64,000 nt of DNA. Source: Nitrosopumilus sp. Its GTDB lineage: Archaea > Thermoproteota > Nitrososphaeria > Nitrososphaerales > Nitrosopumilaceae. Where the stretch lies: NCBI GenBank assembly GCA_965218695.1, contig OZ244651.1, positions 704,001 to 768,000 on the forward strand. The letters run 5' to 3'. Shown piece after piece: positions 31,201 through 40,642 of the stretch. Within the stretch, counting starts at the first letter, position 1. Each line of letters starts with the position of its first letter. The notes under the pieces are model-generated. The model saw only the letters and a program-made list of their open reading frames with translations, was not told the origin of the DNA and searched no databases. Made by a program: the position numbers and the translations under genes.

Positions 31201-33210
31201 GACGGATCCGCGTCTATTGGAAGGCAGAACCCGACCAATCTCATAGTGTGGCTCATGCCGGCCGTCACGGACTCTGTCGCGTACGCCGTGGTGGCGCAAT
31301 ATTCGATCATGAACGTCGAGACCGAATCGGAACAAGACGGATTCGTGCAGGCGCCTCCTGACGAGGACTTGCTACCAGGTGATCTGTCCGACGAGGAGCA
31401 GCAAGGACTTGACTTGATCACGGCGCTGTTCTCGCTTTCACAGGGCGCGCTCGGTGCCGGCATTTTCGAGGAAGGCTGCATAGCCACACCGATGCCGTTT
31501 ACTGAACAGTTCATCACCATGTCGTCCGGCGAAGGGGCGGTGCATGACGGGATATATGACACGCTGAACCCGTATGGAATCCGCAACGCGGCAGTCGAGT
31601 TTCCGATAGAATTCCGGACTACCGGCGAGCACACGATACGCGTGGTCGGCAACGAAATAGGGGTGTTTGGCGAGACCGAGGATCTGATGGGTTCCTGGAC
31701 GGAAGCAGACGAATGGGAGGCCACGATTCGCGTGGAAAACACGCACGCCGACGACTATTCGCTGGGAATCACGACGCTGCCGTTTGGCTCGGACGGATTA
31801 AGCGAGGTCGCGATGGTCTACCTGCAGGACGGCCAAGGCAGTCTGGTGGACACGAATTCCCTGCCGCTGCGCACGCGGGATCTGATAATATCGCAGGCCG
31901 CGTCGGATTTCAAAGTCAACAGGTATAACAACGCGTTCATACTCAGCGCCGACCTGAACAAGACAGACGGCGTGGCGGTCTCGACCACCGGCCTGGCTCC
32001 CGTGTCGCAGCAGCTTGCCCCGTCAGACGAGACCGTGGGAACACACATCGACATGCCAGGGGCCGTCCATATTGGAGAGGAATTCCCATACGTAATACAC
32101 GAGATAAACCGCAATGGCGTGCCATTGAGGCTGGCAGACGCGCCGGACGTCTCGTTCGGGGACGGCGTCATAGAAGGCAGTAAAGGCAGGTTTGTCGCGG
32201 AAGGCACGGACGAGACGAAGACAATTACGGTGATTGGAGTCGGGGAACCGATAACCGAGACAATCGAGGTCGGCAAAAACAAGTTGGACTTTGAACCCAA
32301 ACTCGAAGACGAAGATCACAGGGTGGGTGAGACGATTCTGCTGAGGCTGATATCTGACGTGGCAGGCGTGGATTACACCATAGCGTGGCCCTCGTGGCTA
32401 GAGTACGAGGAGGTCGGCGACAACGAGTACGAAATCACGCCCACGCGCGAGATCAACGGCACCATAAGCATTTCAGGCGAAAAAAAGGGATATGAAACAG
32501 AGCGTTATTCCGTAAACATATCTGCCATCCATGAAGTGAATCTTAGCGCCAGGGCGGAGGCAGGTGGCAGGTCGCTTGCGCTGGAGCCGGAGATAACCAA
32601 CATAGGAAGCAACGACGAGGCAGTAGACCCGCCGTACACGGGCCCGCCGATATACGTGAGAGTGGCGTACCCGATGGAACACGTGACGACTGCCGGGGAC
32701 GGGTACCTGTTTGCGGGCGTGGATGTTGACGGCGATCTCGAGCCAGTGCCGGAATTCGAGAAATACGTGGAAAGGGACATGCGCATAGTCGGACAGTACG
32801 AGCGCCAGATATTCATCGATGTAGCCGATGCCCAAGGCAGCGGCGTGTTCAGGATGGGAGACGAGGTTCATATCCACGCGCCAGACAAGCCAAAACTACT
32901 CTTTTTCATAACCGAGGTGTTCAGCCATTGGGAGGGGGATCTTTCAGGACGCGGGCCCGGACCCTTCGTGCTGGTCGCGGAAAAAGACCTGAATGCCAGG
33001 GCGGTGTATGTAGAGGACCACAGCGTCTGGATGGGAACCGTGTTCGTTGTGATGGCAGCAGTAGCCGTGCTTGCGGTGTTCCGCAGGTCGGACCGCCTGA
33101 AATGGATGTTTGGCGGCCTGTCCGGAATGGGCAAGACAAGGCCCGAGAGGAGAAAGAGGAGGCCCCTGGGGGGATCAGGTGCGACGGACGGGGCAAACGA
33201 TGGGTCATGA
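28249..33210 (+). CDS. Giant acidic cell-surface protein (about 1650 aa), signal peptide and C-terminal TM anchor
   Basis: Signal peptide ending AHA; D/E/P-rich linker; beta-rich modules; C-terminal TM with basic tail. Confidence 0.88.
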   Translation: MATIVPAGLIALIVFAAVPAHADIESERLANFEHQKWWVGKDLDVGDMFIYELCDPDTFSGLYGGQPWNERCYHISLHFVTLLLGGSGPEWVVQAVAVNGAGDRQYDVYNIDADTMQINRLTDDRGIAKAVQRTIFGLTDFTTKGAKPLIVGESWGAVNSAISPPIKFVVRDVAIDDNDREVFRAGYTTTSPSLHRITLNEPFPLGADVYNPHRLQPGSDRLYSYDLVWRGNSFSDDFNDDDWFGVLGGLEAGAFKGLPKLAADPGAAVFDFCTLDVLEPAAPAADLFDELDLVDELDAEFLDDSAEYVVEVEVDGEADVPELPEDTPAIVDVIEPVTDVYEDVTVDETGPSIGGTPAFEYCVDLLNSEGLTVVQYEFEPLPEVDIDVNFDGKIIEDELFAGGFPNEEILPEQDFVDLEDDLFDFPEDDAPQEFDPPEFEDVRPGPNLPEIEAVEEQVEADQFGPELPSNFTGSEETPSVAEVVIMEEVSDETVPEESVPDTTSDEIVPEATDKNVDILSGIIDGMTGFFDDIVGFFDDIVGFFDDIVGFFGGLGDVLAGVFVMTANVLEVAPEAYAQSDDDNVIQRLLDIITGNSTADDIRDHIEKEILDLQNRLESENDDGPAFDADDLIWIPGKMIEGLQYEGMVLFGDAANDPRTVILASSDSDVLEVEREIVVQAGRNSAIFGIVAKSGGTAKVYAAMGGEALATDDGTVYEINTDPYQIMLIAPNTDGSAIQDDIFSFPDDIQVPDGFDFPDGTDSFNDPVDSADTMVGTDTVPVLVYVLDQNGSPAVVDTDIVLNMGASVGISVPETITIPAGSSHNKLVAGIDRSGSMHAAASGLRPHTINVDHTVDNIDVMFAVAPTVIAEGSAAYYYVWLENDGKPYKPGSIIDVQLTSSDRGVAGFGRAYTDVEFAGYANTNTVRDKVLTVQMTDGLARGFVYTGERGIATLTASVSQYGTASYGVHVGATSISDAGLCTESDDGSASIGRQNPTNLIVWLMPAVTDSVAYAVVAQYSIMNVETESEQDGFVQAPPDEDLLPGDLSDEEQQGLDLITALFSLSQGALGAGIFEEGCIATPMPFTEQFITMSSGEGAVHDGIYDTLNPYGIRNAAVEFPIEFRTTGEHTIRVVGNEIGVFGETEDLMGSWTEADEWEATIRVENTHADDYSLGITTLPFGSDGLSEVAMVYLQDGQGSLVDTNSLPLRTRDLIISQAASDFKVNRYNNAFILSADLNKTDGVAVSTTGLAPVSQQLAPSDETVGTHIDMPGAVHIGEEFPYVIHEINRNGVPLRLADAPDVSFGDGVIEGSKGRFVAEGTDETKTITVIGVGEPITETIEVGKNKLDFEPKLEDEDHRVGETILLRLISDVAGVDYTIAWPSWLEYEEVGDNEYEITPTREINGTISISGEKKGYETERYSVNISAIHEVNLSARAEAGGRSLALEPEITNIGSNDEAVDPPYTGPPIYVRVAYPMEHVTTAGDGYLFAGVDVDGDLEPVPEFEKYVERDMRIVGQYERQIFIDVADAQGSGVFRMGDEVHIHAPDKPKLLFFITEVFSHWEGDLSGRGPGPFVLVAEKDLNARAVYVEDHSVWMGTVFVVMAAVAVLAVFRRSDRLKWMFGGLSGMGKTRPERRKRRPLGGSGATDGANDGS
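29830..29902 (+). repeat. 21-bp tandem repeat x3.5 (GFFDDIV)
   Basis: Perfect GGGTTCTTTGACGACATCGTG copies. Confidence 0.95.
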
Positions 33211-35203
33211 GGACCACACTTGGCATGATCTGCGTGCTTGCATGCGCGCTGGCAGCGCTTCCGCCTGACTCGTACGCCCAGCTCGAGAACCCGTCGATTT
33301 CCTGCAGCGTCAGCGTGCGGGCATATGCCGCGCCAGGCGTGCTGTTTGACGGCGGGGACCGACGCAACCCGGACAAGTCACTGTACCCGGGCGATGCTGC
33401 GCACTACCTGTTCGTGTACGGGGGCTCGGACGCCTGCCTCAGGTTCAAAGTCAACGAACTGAACTCGTACGGCGCCATAAAAGTGGTTGACCACGACGTG
33501 GCCCGGGCGGTAAGCGTGACGGGTTTGGAGCCAGGCGACCCGCCACCCGAACTGAGTCAGGGGACCCACAGCCACAGCGCGTTTGACGTCAGGGTTGAAT
33601 GGATTGAATCCGGCGATGATGGCGATGGTGAGGAACCGCACGCCGAGTGGAGCACGCCGTCGGCTGCGCACGGCGGCCACCATTATCCGGTGTACGAGGA
33701 CGACGAGTCCGCAGAGGCGTTCTTGGAGTTCGTAAAAGACAGGTGCACGTCAGAGCAGCGCTATGCGGGCTGCGCGTGGGGGCACATCGAGGTGGACACC
33801 GACGCCACAGACCGGGTCTGCCTGCACGAGCACATGAAGAGCGAGGGGATTGGCATTCCAGAGGATCTTCCAGACCAGTGCAGGAACCGCAACTACATCA
33901 CGATGTCAGTCGAGGGAGACGGGAAGAGGTGCAAAAGGAACCCCGAGGGCGGCTGGGAATGCGTCAGGTTCACCCGCACGAACACGGCGACTGTGAGGCT
34001 CGACGTGCTGGAGCCGAGCCTGGAACTTGAACTCTCCAAGCCGCCGTTGTATGACGCGTACGGCTTTGAGGCGCAGAACCTGGACGGCACGTACTACCTG
34101 CACGACCCGGTGCACGTCGTGCACCATCCCGTATTCCAGTGGAAGGACGACCGCGGCGGCACCATAAAATTCAAGGCGTACAGGCACTGGTGCCCTGATG
34201 ACGGGGGGTGCTCAGAGCATGAAAGGGGGACGCAGGTGCCGATAGTCAAGACCCTTGACTGCGCGTCTGACAGGTGCAACGAGGCATTTTCGATGCCAGG
34301 ACTTACCGACACGATATGGAGACTGGGAAACGGCGACGGCCAGACGGCGTACAACGCCACAGACTCCTCGTGGCTCGGCCTGCACCACCTGCAGTACAGG
34401 ATAGAGGTGTACAACATCGAGTACGATGAAGAGCGCATGCTGAACGTGACTGAAGGCAGCACCACCGCAAAAACAGTCGTGTTTGATCCGGTGTTCGAAT
34501 CTGCAACATACCCCGTGCTTGCAGACGACGGCAAGTTCGGCTACGAGAACAGGTTCGCCCTGGCTTTGCGCTACCTTGGTTCCTGGGGAGGCGGGCCCGA
34601 TGATGCCAACATGACCGAGCCGTACGAGTATCGCCGCGCCAGGATGGATGCAGCGTACGGGGCTGTCGGCGGGTATGACCCGGTGAATGTTACTGCCATG
34701 GCGTGGAATCTGACGTGGACCGAGGCCCCGCAGACGCCGCCGGGAGTGCTGGGGTACGGGGCGCAGGACCATCCGGGAGTGGCGTTTCATTCCACTTCTG
34801 AGCCGCTGCGCACCGGCATAGTGCCGCGGTATGGCGACGACGACGACGGCGGCGGCGGCGGCGATAACGACGAGGCTGCAATGTGGCCCAAAGCCGGATA
34901 CGGCAGGATATTCTTTGACTTTCCGGATCTTGCGCGGTACCGTCTTGGCAACGTCACGGCAAATTACCTCAACGCCACGGCGTACGTCTATACGGTGGCG
35001 CGCGACTTTGCAGGCGAAAGGGCGCGCGTGATGGATTCGGGGCTGTACACGTATCCTGATGCCCCGTTCCACCACAGGCTCGTGATAGAATCCGTTGGTG
35101 CAGACGGGAAGATCCGGCCGATCCCGCTGACGCTGAAGGCCGTGCAGCGCACTGACTTTGGCGCGACTACCCTTGCAGACTATGTGCATGAAAAGATGAT
35201 GCA

Positions 35204-36495
35204 TAGTCGGGGACATAATGTTTCGCTCTTTTTCCCGTCCAGACTGTAGCTACCGCCCATCTTAGAATTATACCAAGTTGGCAGGGTACAGGGATGTAAT
35301 CTGACTAAGTTTGTTGCAAGAATTTCCGGGAATGCCTTTACGGCGTAAGATATTTCATCATCTTGACCGGCTTCATCTCGCCTGAGTTGATTATTCTCTT
35401 GACGACATCCACGACTTCATCTGTTGTTTTGAACTGCCGCCCGGCAAGTGTTTTCTTGAGCACCCTCCACTGGACCTCGATGGGGTTGAGCTGTGGGGTG
35501 TACGGCGGGAGGAATATCAGCCGTATGTCCCCGTTGGTACCATTTACAAAATCCGTGACCGTGTCGGTCTTGTGGTATGACGCGTTGTCCAAGATCATGA
35601 CAAATTTCCCGTACGTCTGGCGCATGTCCGTCAGGAAATCCTTGAACGTCTCGGAATTTGTGTACTCTACGTCCTTTACGTGGATCCTCTCAGATGACAG
35701 CGCGCCAAACATCCGGGATGACTTTGTGCTGAACGCCGTGTCTACCGTATTGCCGCCTCCGATTGGCCTCCACCCGTACCCGGCGCTTGCCCCCAGCTGG
35801 ACTGCGACCTCGTCTCCTGCAAGTACCGTGCGTCCACTCGAAATCATGCCTAGGATAGACTCGGTCGTCTCCTCCTTGAACCGCTTTTGTTCTTCTGCCG
35901 TGGCAGACCTGCGGGGCACGGGTCTTGGTTTCGTGTATGAGAATCCGAGCCGGCGCAATACCCGTCGCAGCGTACGGGCGCTGGCGCCCATGCCGATCCA
36001 GTCCATGATTACACCAAGCAGCATCCTTGTGCTCCATGACGCGGACTCGAACCCGAATTTTGACGGCGCCTCCAGGAGCCAGGCCTTTATCATCCAAACC
36101 GAGCGTTCTCCCAGCATCCTCCTTCTTCCGGTAGACTTTTTGTCAAACCTGCCTGCCAGCCCGCGCCTGGTGACCCTTACCAGCCAGCCGCGTATGGTGG
36201 AATACGGCTTCATCATCGCACTCGATATGGCGTGCAGGCTCATCCCGGCTTTTCTCTTGTGGCATGCAACCAATATGTCCCGCGCCTTGCCGGACGGCGT
36301 CTGGTTAATCATCCGGAGGATCTCATCTTGGTTTGTATCCTGCAGGAATTCGTTGCCCTTGGGCAGCCTGTCTTTCCTGCACAGCGCCTTTGAAAATATC
36401 ATGCCAATTTTCAATATGTCCTAGGATCAAAGTTTTTCGGTTGTTTGCTCACAAATCCGCACCGTCAAATTAGCGAAACATTATGTCCCCGACTA
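35204..36495 (-). mobile_element. IS630-like element with perfect 24-bp TIRs and a non-TA target
   Basis: TIR TAGTCGGGGACATAATGTTTCGCT; flanked by TGCA on both sides. Confidence 0.92.
35338..36414 (-). CDS. IS630 transposase
   Basis: GDE, LDNASYH and PYTPQLNPIE motifs. Confidence 0.93.
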   Translation of the reverse strand: MKIGMIFSKALCRKDRLPKGNEFLQDTNQDEILRMINQTPSGKARDILVACHKRKAGMSLHAISSAMMKPYSTIRGWLVRVTRRGLAGRFDKKSTGRRRMLGERSVWMIKAWLLEAPSKFGFESASWSTRMLLGVIMDWIGMGASARTLRRVLRRLGFSYTKPRPVPRRSATAEEQKRFKEETTESILGMISSGRTVLAGDEVAVQLGASAGYGWRPIGGGNTVDTAFSTKSSRMFGALSSERIHVKDVEYTNSETFKDFLTDMRQTYGKFVMILDNASYHKTDTVTDFVNGTNGDIRLIFLPPYTPQLNPIEVQWRVLKKTLAGRQFKTTDEVVDVVKRIINSGEMKPVKMMKYLTP

Positions 36496-37504
36496 TGCAT
36501 GATACGGATGATGCCGGGTTTGCCGACCTGGCCGTGCATGACACGTACCCGATGGAACTTGACATCCGAACCGACACGGGATACATTGACGCCAAGATAA
36601 GGCGCACGGCCTCGTGGTTTCCAAAGTTTACGCATGATGCGCACCAGGGGGACGAGGCGCCGGGCGGCCCGGGCAGGCTGCGCCCGTTCGAGTTTGCCGT
36701 GCCGGGACTAGGCGGGGCATCCGGCCTGCTGTTGCCCGGATTCGGGACATCGCCTGCGGGGGGATCGTTTCTTGGAATTGACGGCCTGCTGGGGATGGTG
36801 GCCGGAGAATCCCCGCCGTTTGGTGGCGGGGCATCAGGTGACGCCGTGGGGGGCGGGAATGCGGCATCGTACCGTCCGGACTTGGAGGCGCTGATGCGCC
36901 TGGAGGAGGCAACCATACAGCTTGGATACTCCGGGCCTGCAGAGAGATCGTTTGCGACGTACCTTGCGTTTCCGGACACGTCACGGCTGAACATTCCGCT
37001 GGCAACGGGCCTGGGCGTGGCATCCCCGCTAAACGTCACGTACGGGAATGACTTTTACACGCACCACCGGGAGCACACATATCCTGACTTTCACGGGGAC
37101 GCGACCGTACGGATTAACGCAGACCCCGGCAACGTCATGAACGCGACGCGGCACGGCAGCATACTGGTGATCGAGCCGGATGGAAACTTTGGCCCGATGC
37201 TCCACATAGGGATAAACGGGGACAGGTTTCCGTCTGCGATGGGCGTCATGGGCGACTGCACGTCTGGCTGCAAGTTCAATGTGGGATGGGGAGGCATCCA
37301 CGTGACAGGGTACAACCAGTGGGGCGGGCAGGCGCACTTTTATTCAGGGGAACAGGAGGAGCCGCCTCCGCCCCAGAGGCGACTGCAGTCGGACGAGGGA
37401 TCGCACTGGGATTGGCTGGTTGTTGCCGCGCTGGTGGCATTCGGGGTACTGGCGTACAGGTTGCTTGGAAACAGGATGCAGTACGGCGTCTGGTCGCTCG
37501 GGGG

Positions 37505-39448
37505 CTAAACCAGTCCGCCGATCATCTCCTTGATGTGTGGCAGTGCCACGCACAGCGCGGTTCCAAAGGTTGCCATCATGCAGACGTGCACGGTGTGCTT
37601 CATTGTAAAGTACGTTATCTTGGAGACAAGGAGCCCGATGAGTATGGTGCATTCGACTATGAGGAGGCTTGACTGTTTGGCCGTCTCTTCTGTCTGCTCC
37701 GGGGTGGGAAAGTTTATCGGCATTGCCTGGACGGCCTCCAGGTCGCCTGTGACGTTGCCGGTCATCTCCGAGGTTACAACCAGCATCGCCACCATGATTA
37801 TCGGTATGACGTATCCCATGACGACTGACCCGCGCAGCGACGCCATCATCTCACGCCTGGACTCGACATAGTCCTTGACAAAGTTTGTAAACGTCTGCAG
37901 GGAATGGGTGTCGCCGCCGCCGCTCTCCTGCACCTGCGAGAGTACAAAGAAGAGTACTCTTGAGAGCCATGACGTGGTGCGGGCCGACTCTGCAGCGGCT
38001 GCCAATGACTTGCCAAACATCATCTGCCTGGATATGTCGCGCAGTACGGGGCCGAGCGCGTCCCTTTGGCCGTTGCCTCTGGCCCGAGCCGTGACGGCCT
38101 CGTGTATCTCCATGCCCTCCAGCCTGCCGTCGGTGACAAACTGCGCAAACGCCGGCAGCGCGTCATCCATCCTTGATGTGCGAGAGAAGCGACTCCTTGC
38201 CATGAATGCGTTCGTGCCTGCCCATACTGCCGTCGCTGCCCCCAGGACTCCCCAGAGCGGCACGCCTGCAATCATGGCAACCGGAATCGACAGGAATGCC
38301 AGCACAAGCGGTGGGCGGTACAGCGGGACGGCATTGTGCGTCCGCGGCTGCTTGCCGTCGACTGCCACCAGCAGCACTATGATGATTATCGGGAGAAGTA
38401 TCATCACCATTATCGTCATGGACATGGCGTCTTTGCCGGTGGCCACAAACGTGGTAGCTATGGCCAGTATCGGCATGACTGCCATTACCAGCAGCACCAT
38501 CTGGGCGATTCCGTTTGCCTCGGCAGTATAGGACTTTACGCTGTTTCGCATAACGCGGAACGCAGATTCGGTGGCTGCAATCATCGTGTTTGCAGTGTTT
38601 GTGCCGCTCGTGTTGTATGCAGCCGAATAGTTCGTGACTATCTCCCTAAAGTCGTTGTTTGGGTGGGTCTCTGCCACCTTGCGCAGCGCCGTGGTGTGCG
38701 ACATCGCCATGTACCTGACGTTGCGCTGGAATATCAGGGCGTCTTGCCGCAGTATGGGAAAGAGCGCGGTACCGGACCTTGATATCCTTTCTATGAACTC
38801 GTAAAATGACACGCCGACCTTCTCCATTATGCTGGCGCACGCGATGAATACGGGCAGCTCGTGGCCTATTGCGGACTTGCGCTGCGACTTGGCGTTCTTC
38901 AGCTGGAGCAACCCGCTGAACAGTATGGCAACTGGAACGGCGCACAGCCCCAGAAAGCCGGGGTGGAAGAGCATGGCAAGTGCGGCCGCTGCTGCGACTG
39001 ACGGCGGCGCGGACAGCATGGCGTACATTATGCCGTGCCTGGCAATCCTCATGGAGTCGTTGGCGTGTCCGGACTCGAATATCGCCGTGCGCGTCTTTCC
39101 GACCAGGTACTCTTCCAGTCTGCGCACGGGGGCAATTGACATGAAGGGCTTTAGCATCGTCATGGCGCGGTCCGCCGTCACGGGTTGTGCCTCAAGGAGC
39201 GCGCCGAAGCGTCCGTGCCTGACTGCGATGCCAGAACCCGCCGCCTGTGGCTCTTCTTCCCCCTTGTGCGTCCTTGAGAACAACGGCCTGATCCTCTCAC
39301 GAAAGATGGCTGCAATGTCGGTCTGCGTGAGGACCATGAGCGTGATGAATACTGGTGTGGAGATGGCAAACAAGCCGGACTGGCCGAGTGCCATGAATGC
39401 GCCCATGATGCCGAGCATTCCAAGCAGCGAGGTTACGGGGAGGCGCAT
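37505..39448 (-). CDS. Type II secretion F / TadC / FlaJ-like pilus platform protein (two repeats)
   Basis: Multi-TM; ELPVF and ALPAF...QESGG modules. ATG 39448 is supported by promoter spacing. Confidence 0.85.
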   Translation of the reverse strand: MRLPVTSLLGMLGIMGAFMALGQSGLFAISTPVFITLMVLTQTDIAAIFRERIRPLFSRTHKGEEEPQAAGSGIAVRHGRFGALLEAQPVTADRAMTMLKPFMSIAPVRRLEEYLVGKTRTAIFESGHANDSMRIARHGIMYAMLSAPPSVAAAAALAMLFHPGFLGLCAVPVAILFSGLLQLKNAKSQRKSAIGHELPVFIACASIMEKVGVSFYEFIERISRSGTALFPILRQDALIFQRNVRYMAMSHTTALRKVAETHPNNDFREIVTNYSAAYNTSGTNTANTMIAATESAFRVMRNSVKSYTAEANGIAQMVLLVMAVMPILAIATTFVATGKDAMSMTIMVMILLPIIIIVLLVAVDGKQPRTHNAVPLYRPPLVLAFLSIPVAMIAGVPLWGVLGAATAVWAGTNAFMARSRFSRTSRMDDALPAFAQFVTDGRLEGMEIHEAVTARARGNGQRDALGPVLRDISRQMMFGKSLAAAAESARTTSWLSRVLFFVLSQVQESGGGDTHSLQTFTNFVKDYVESRREMMASLRGSVVMGYVIPIIMVAMLVVTSEMTGNVTGDLEAVQAMPINFPTPEQTEETAKQSSLLIVECTILIGLLVSKITYFTMKHTVHVCMMATFGTALCVALPHIKEMIGGLV

Positions 39449-39468
39449 AAATGCGAGGCTTGACGTGC

Positions 39469-39481
39469 TTAAAAACGGGGG
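39469..39481 (-). promoter_or_regulatory. C-rich BRE/TATA motif CCCCCGTTTTTAA (tadC-like)
   Basis: 27 nt upstream of ATG 39448; back-to-back with the pilin promoter. Confidence 0.7.
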
Positions 39482-39498
39482 TTCCGCGTGAAAGGCCG

Positions 39499-39507
39499 CC
39501 CTTATAA
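39499..39507 (+). promoter_or_regulatory. C-rich BRE/TATA motif CCCTTATAA (pilin)
   Basis: 27 nt upstream of ATG 39529. Confidence 0.7.
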
Positions 39508-39528
39508 GCAAACCATTTTTGCAGTTTA

Positions 39529-40152
39529 ATGAAGTCCACAATAACAAAGTCCACAACAACGAAGAGGGGGAGGAGGAGGGCCGTATCGGCAATCATCGGA
39601 ATCATGCTCGGCCTCGGCCTGACGGCAGTGGCTGCAGGCGGACTGTACGTGATGACCAGCGACCTTTCTGACAGCGCGGTGTCCATAAATTCCGTGGAGG
39701 TGCAAAATGTCAGGGCATACAATACAGGAAACGAGGCATACGTGTCACTGAGCGTCAAGAATACGGGCACGGATGCTGCAACAGACTTGAGTGCAGTTGT
39801 GCTGCTTGCATGCAATGGCGAGGCCAGCGCAGAGGCCACGCTCACCGATGCTGCCCTCAAGGCAGCAACCACGGACTGTGTTGCAGCCCAGTATGCCAAT
39901 CCTCCGACGGCAGCCGTGAATCCGGGAACGCTAGTATCGATGCCCGTGGGTGCGACCATATCCAACTTGGCACCGGGTGAAACCTCCAGCGTGTCAGGAG
40001 GGGTGGCAATCACAGATGCTGCCAGTACGACCGAGCGGGACCCGGGAGAAAATATCGCGTTTGCGGTAGGAAAAGAGTACCTCATAGAGATATCAGGCAC
40101 GACATCGTCAGGCGAGCCTATCGTCCAGACTGCCACAGTCCGCGTACGATAA
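39529..40152 (+). CDS. Archaeal type IV pilin (probable major pilin)
   Basis: Class III signal RRRA/VSAIIGIML, VKNTG motif, own promoter and terminator. Confidence 0.88.
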   Translation: MKSTITKSTTTKRGRRRAVSAIIGIMLGLGLTAVAAGGLYVMTSDLSDSAVSINSVEVQNVRAYNTGNEAYVSLSVKNTGTDAATDLSAVVLLACNGEASAEATLTDAALKAATTDCVAAQYANPPTAAVNPGTLVSMPVGATISNLAPGETSSVSGGVAITDAASTTERDPGENIAFAVGKEYLIEISGTTSSGEPIVQTATVRVR

Positions 40153-40160
40153 CCTCGATC

Positions 40161-40168
40161 TTTTTTTT
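40161..40168 (+). terminator. Oligo-T terminator
   Basis: T8 after the pilin stop. Confidence 0.6.
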
Positions 40169-40612
40169 GATTCGCAGGGGGCGGCCCCGGTTTTTGCCGC
40201 CGTACTTGCTGCACGTATCGTTAGCAGGGACGTCCCATTTGGTGTTGGCATGCGCAGGCCGAGTGAGGCGTCTTTGAATGTTTTTCCCCGCTTAAATAAC
40301 ACGATGAAAACCTGGATTTGATGAAATCCGTGCCGTCTGCGCTTGCCATGTCTGCAAGATCGAGGCTCAACGTCATTCGGCGATACTAATCGCCACTTTT
40401 TTGATATTGCAGACGCTCGCGGCATCAACCGGTGTTTGAAAGAGCGCCGAGGATCCCTAAAGGCGCCTGATGCGGGGAATCTTCATCCCGGCCGTGTCTA
40501 TGGAACTCTGGCACGTCCCGTGCATTTCAATGATGTTTGGTAGGGCAGGACATGCACGGCATGGATGCCGAATGCTTGGGAACGACTAGCTGGTCTGCAG
40601 GCCTGAATTCGT

Positions 40613-40622
40613 CCCCTTAAAT
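40613..40622 (+). promoter_or_regulatory. C-rich BRE/TATA motif CCCCTTAAAT
   Basis: 26 nt upstream of ATG 40643. Confidence 0.7.
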
Positions 40623-40642
40623 GCCAAGTCAGTCTCCAAGAC

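Larger units (their letters stand above)
33207..37508 (+). pseudogene. Cys-rich secreted, C-terminally anchored protein (1001 aa reconstructed) interrupted by IS630
   Basis: Signal peptide ending SYAQ; ATGA overlap with the upstream gene; IS removal restores HEKMMHDTDD; C-terminal TM. Confidence 0.85.

Noticed and set aside
32928-33206. N-terminal extension of the 773-aa ORF
   Set aside because: Overlaps the upstream gene; the signal peptide and ATGA coupling indicate a start at 33207.
35363-36424. Long antisense ORFs (also 3505-4341, 39297-40214, 40957-41955 and others)
   Set aside because: Shadows of real genes on the opposite strand; no motifs.
39449-39592. Longer TadC start at 39592
   Set aside because: Overlaps the pilin gene and both promoters; ATG 39448 fits the spacing.
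40286-40389. CCCCGCTTAAAT with a 23-codon ORF
   Set aside because: The ORF is too short and featureless to support.
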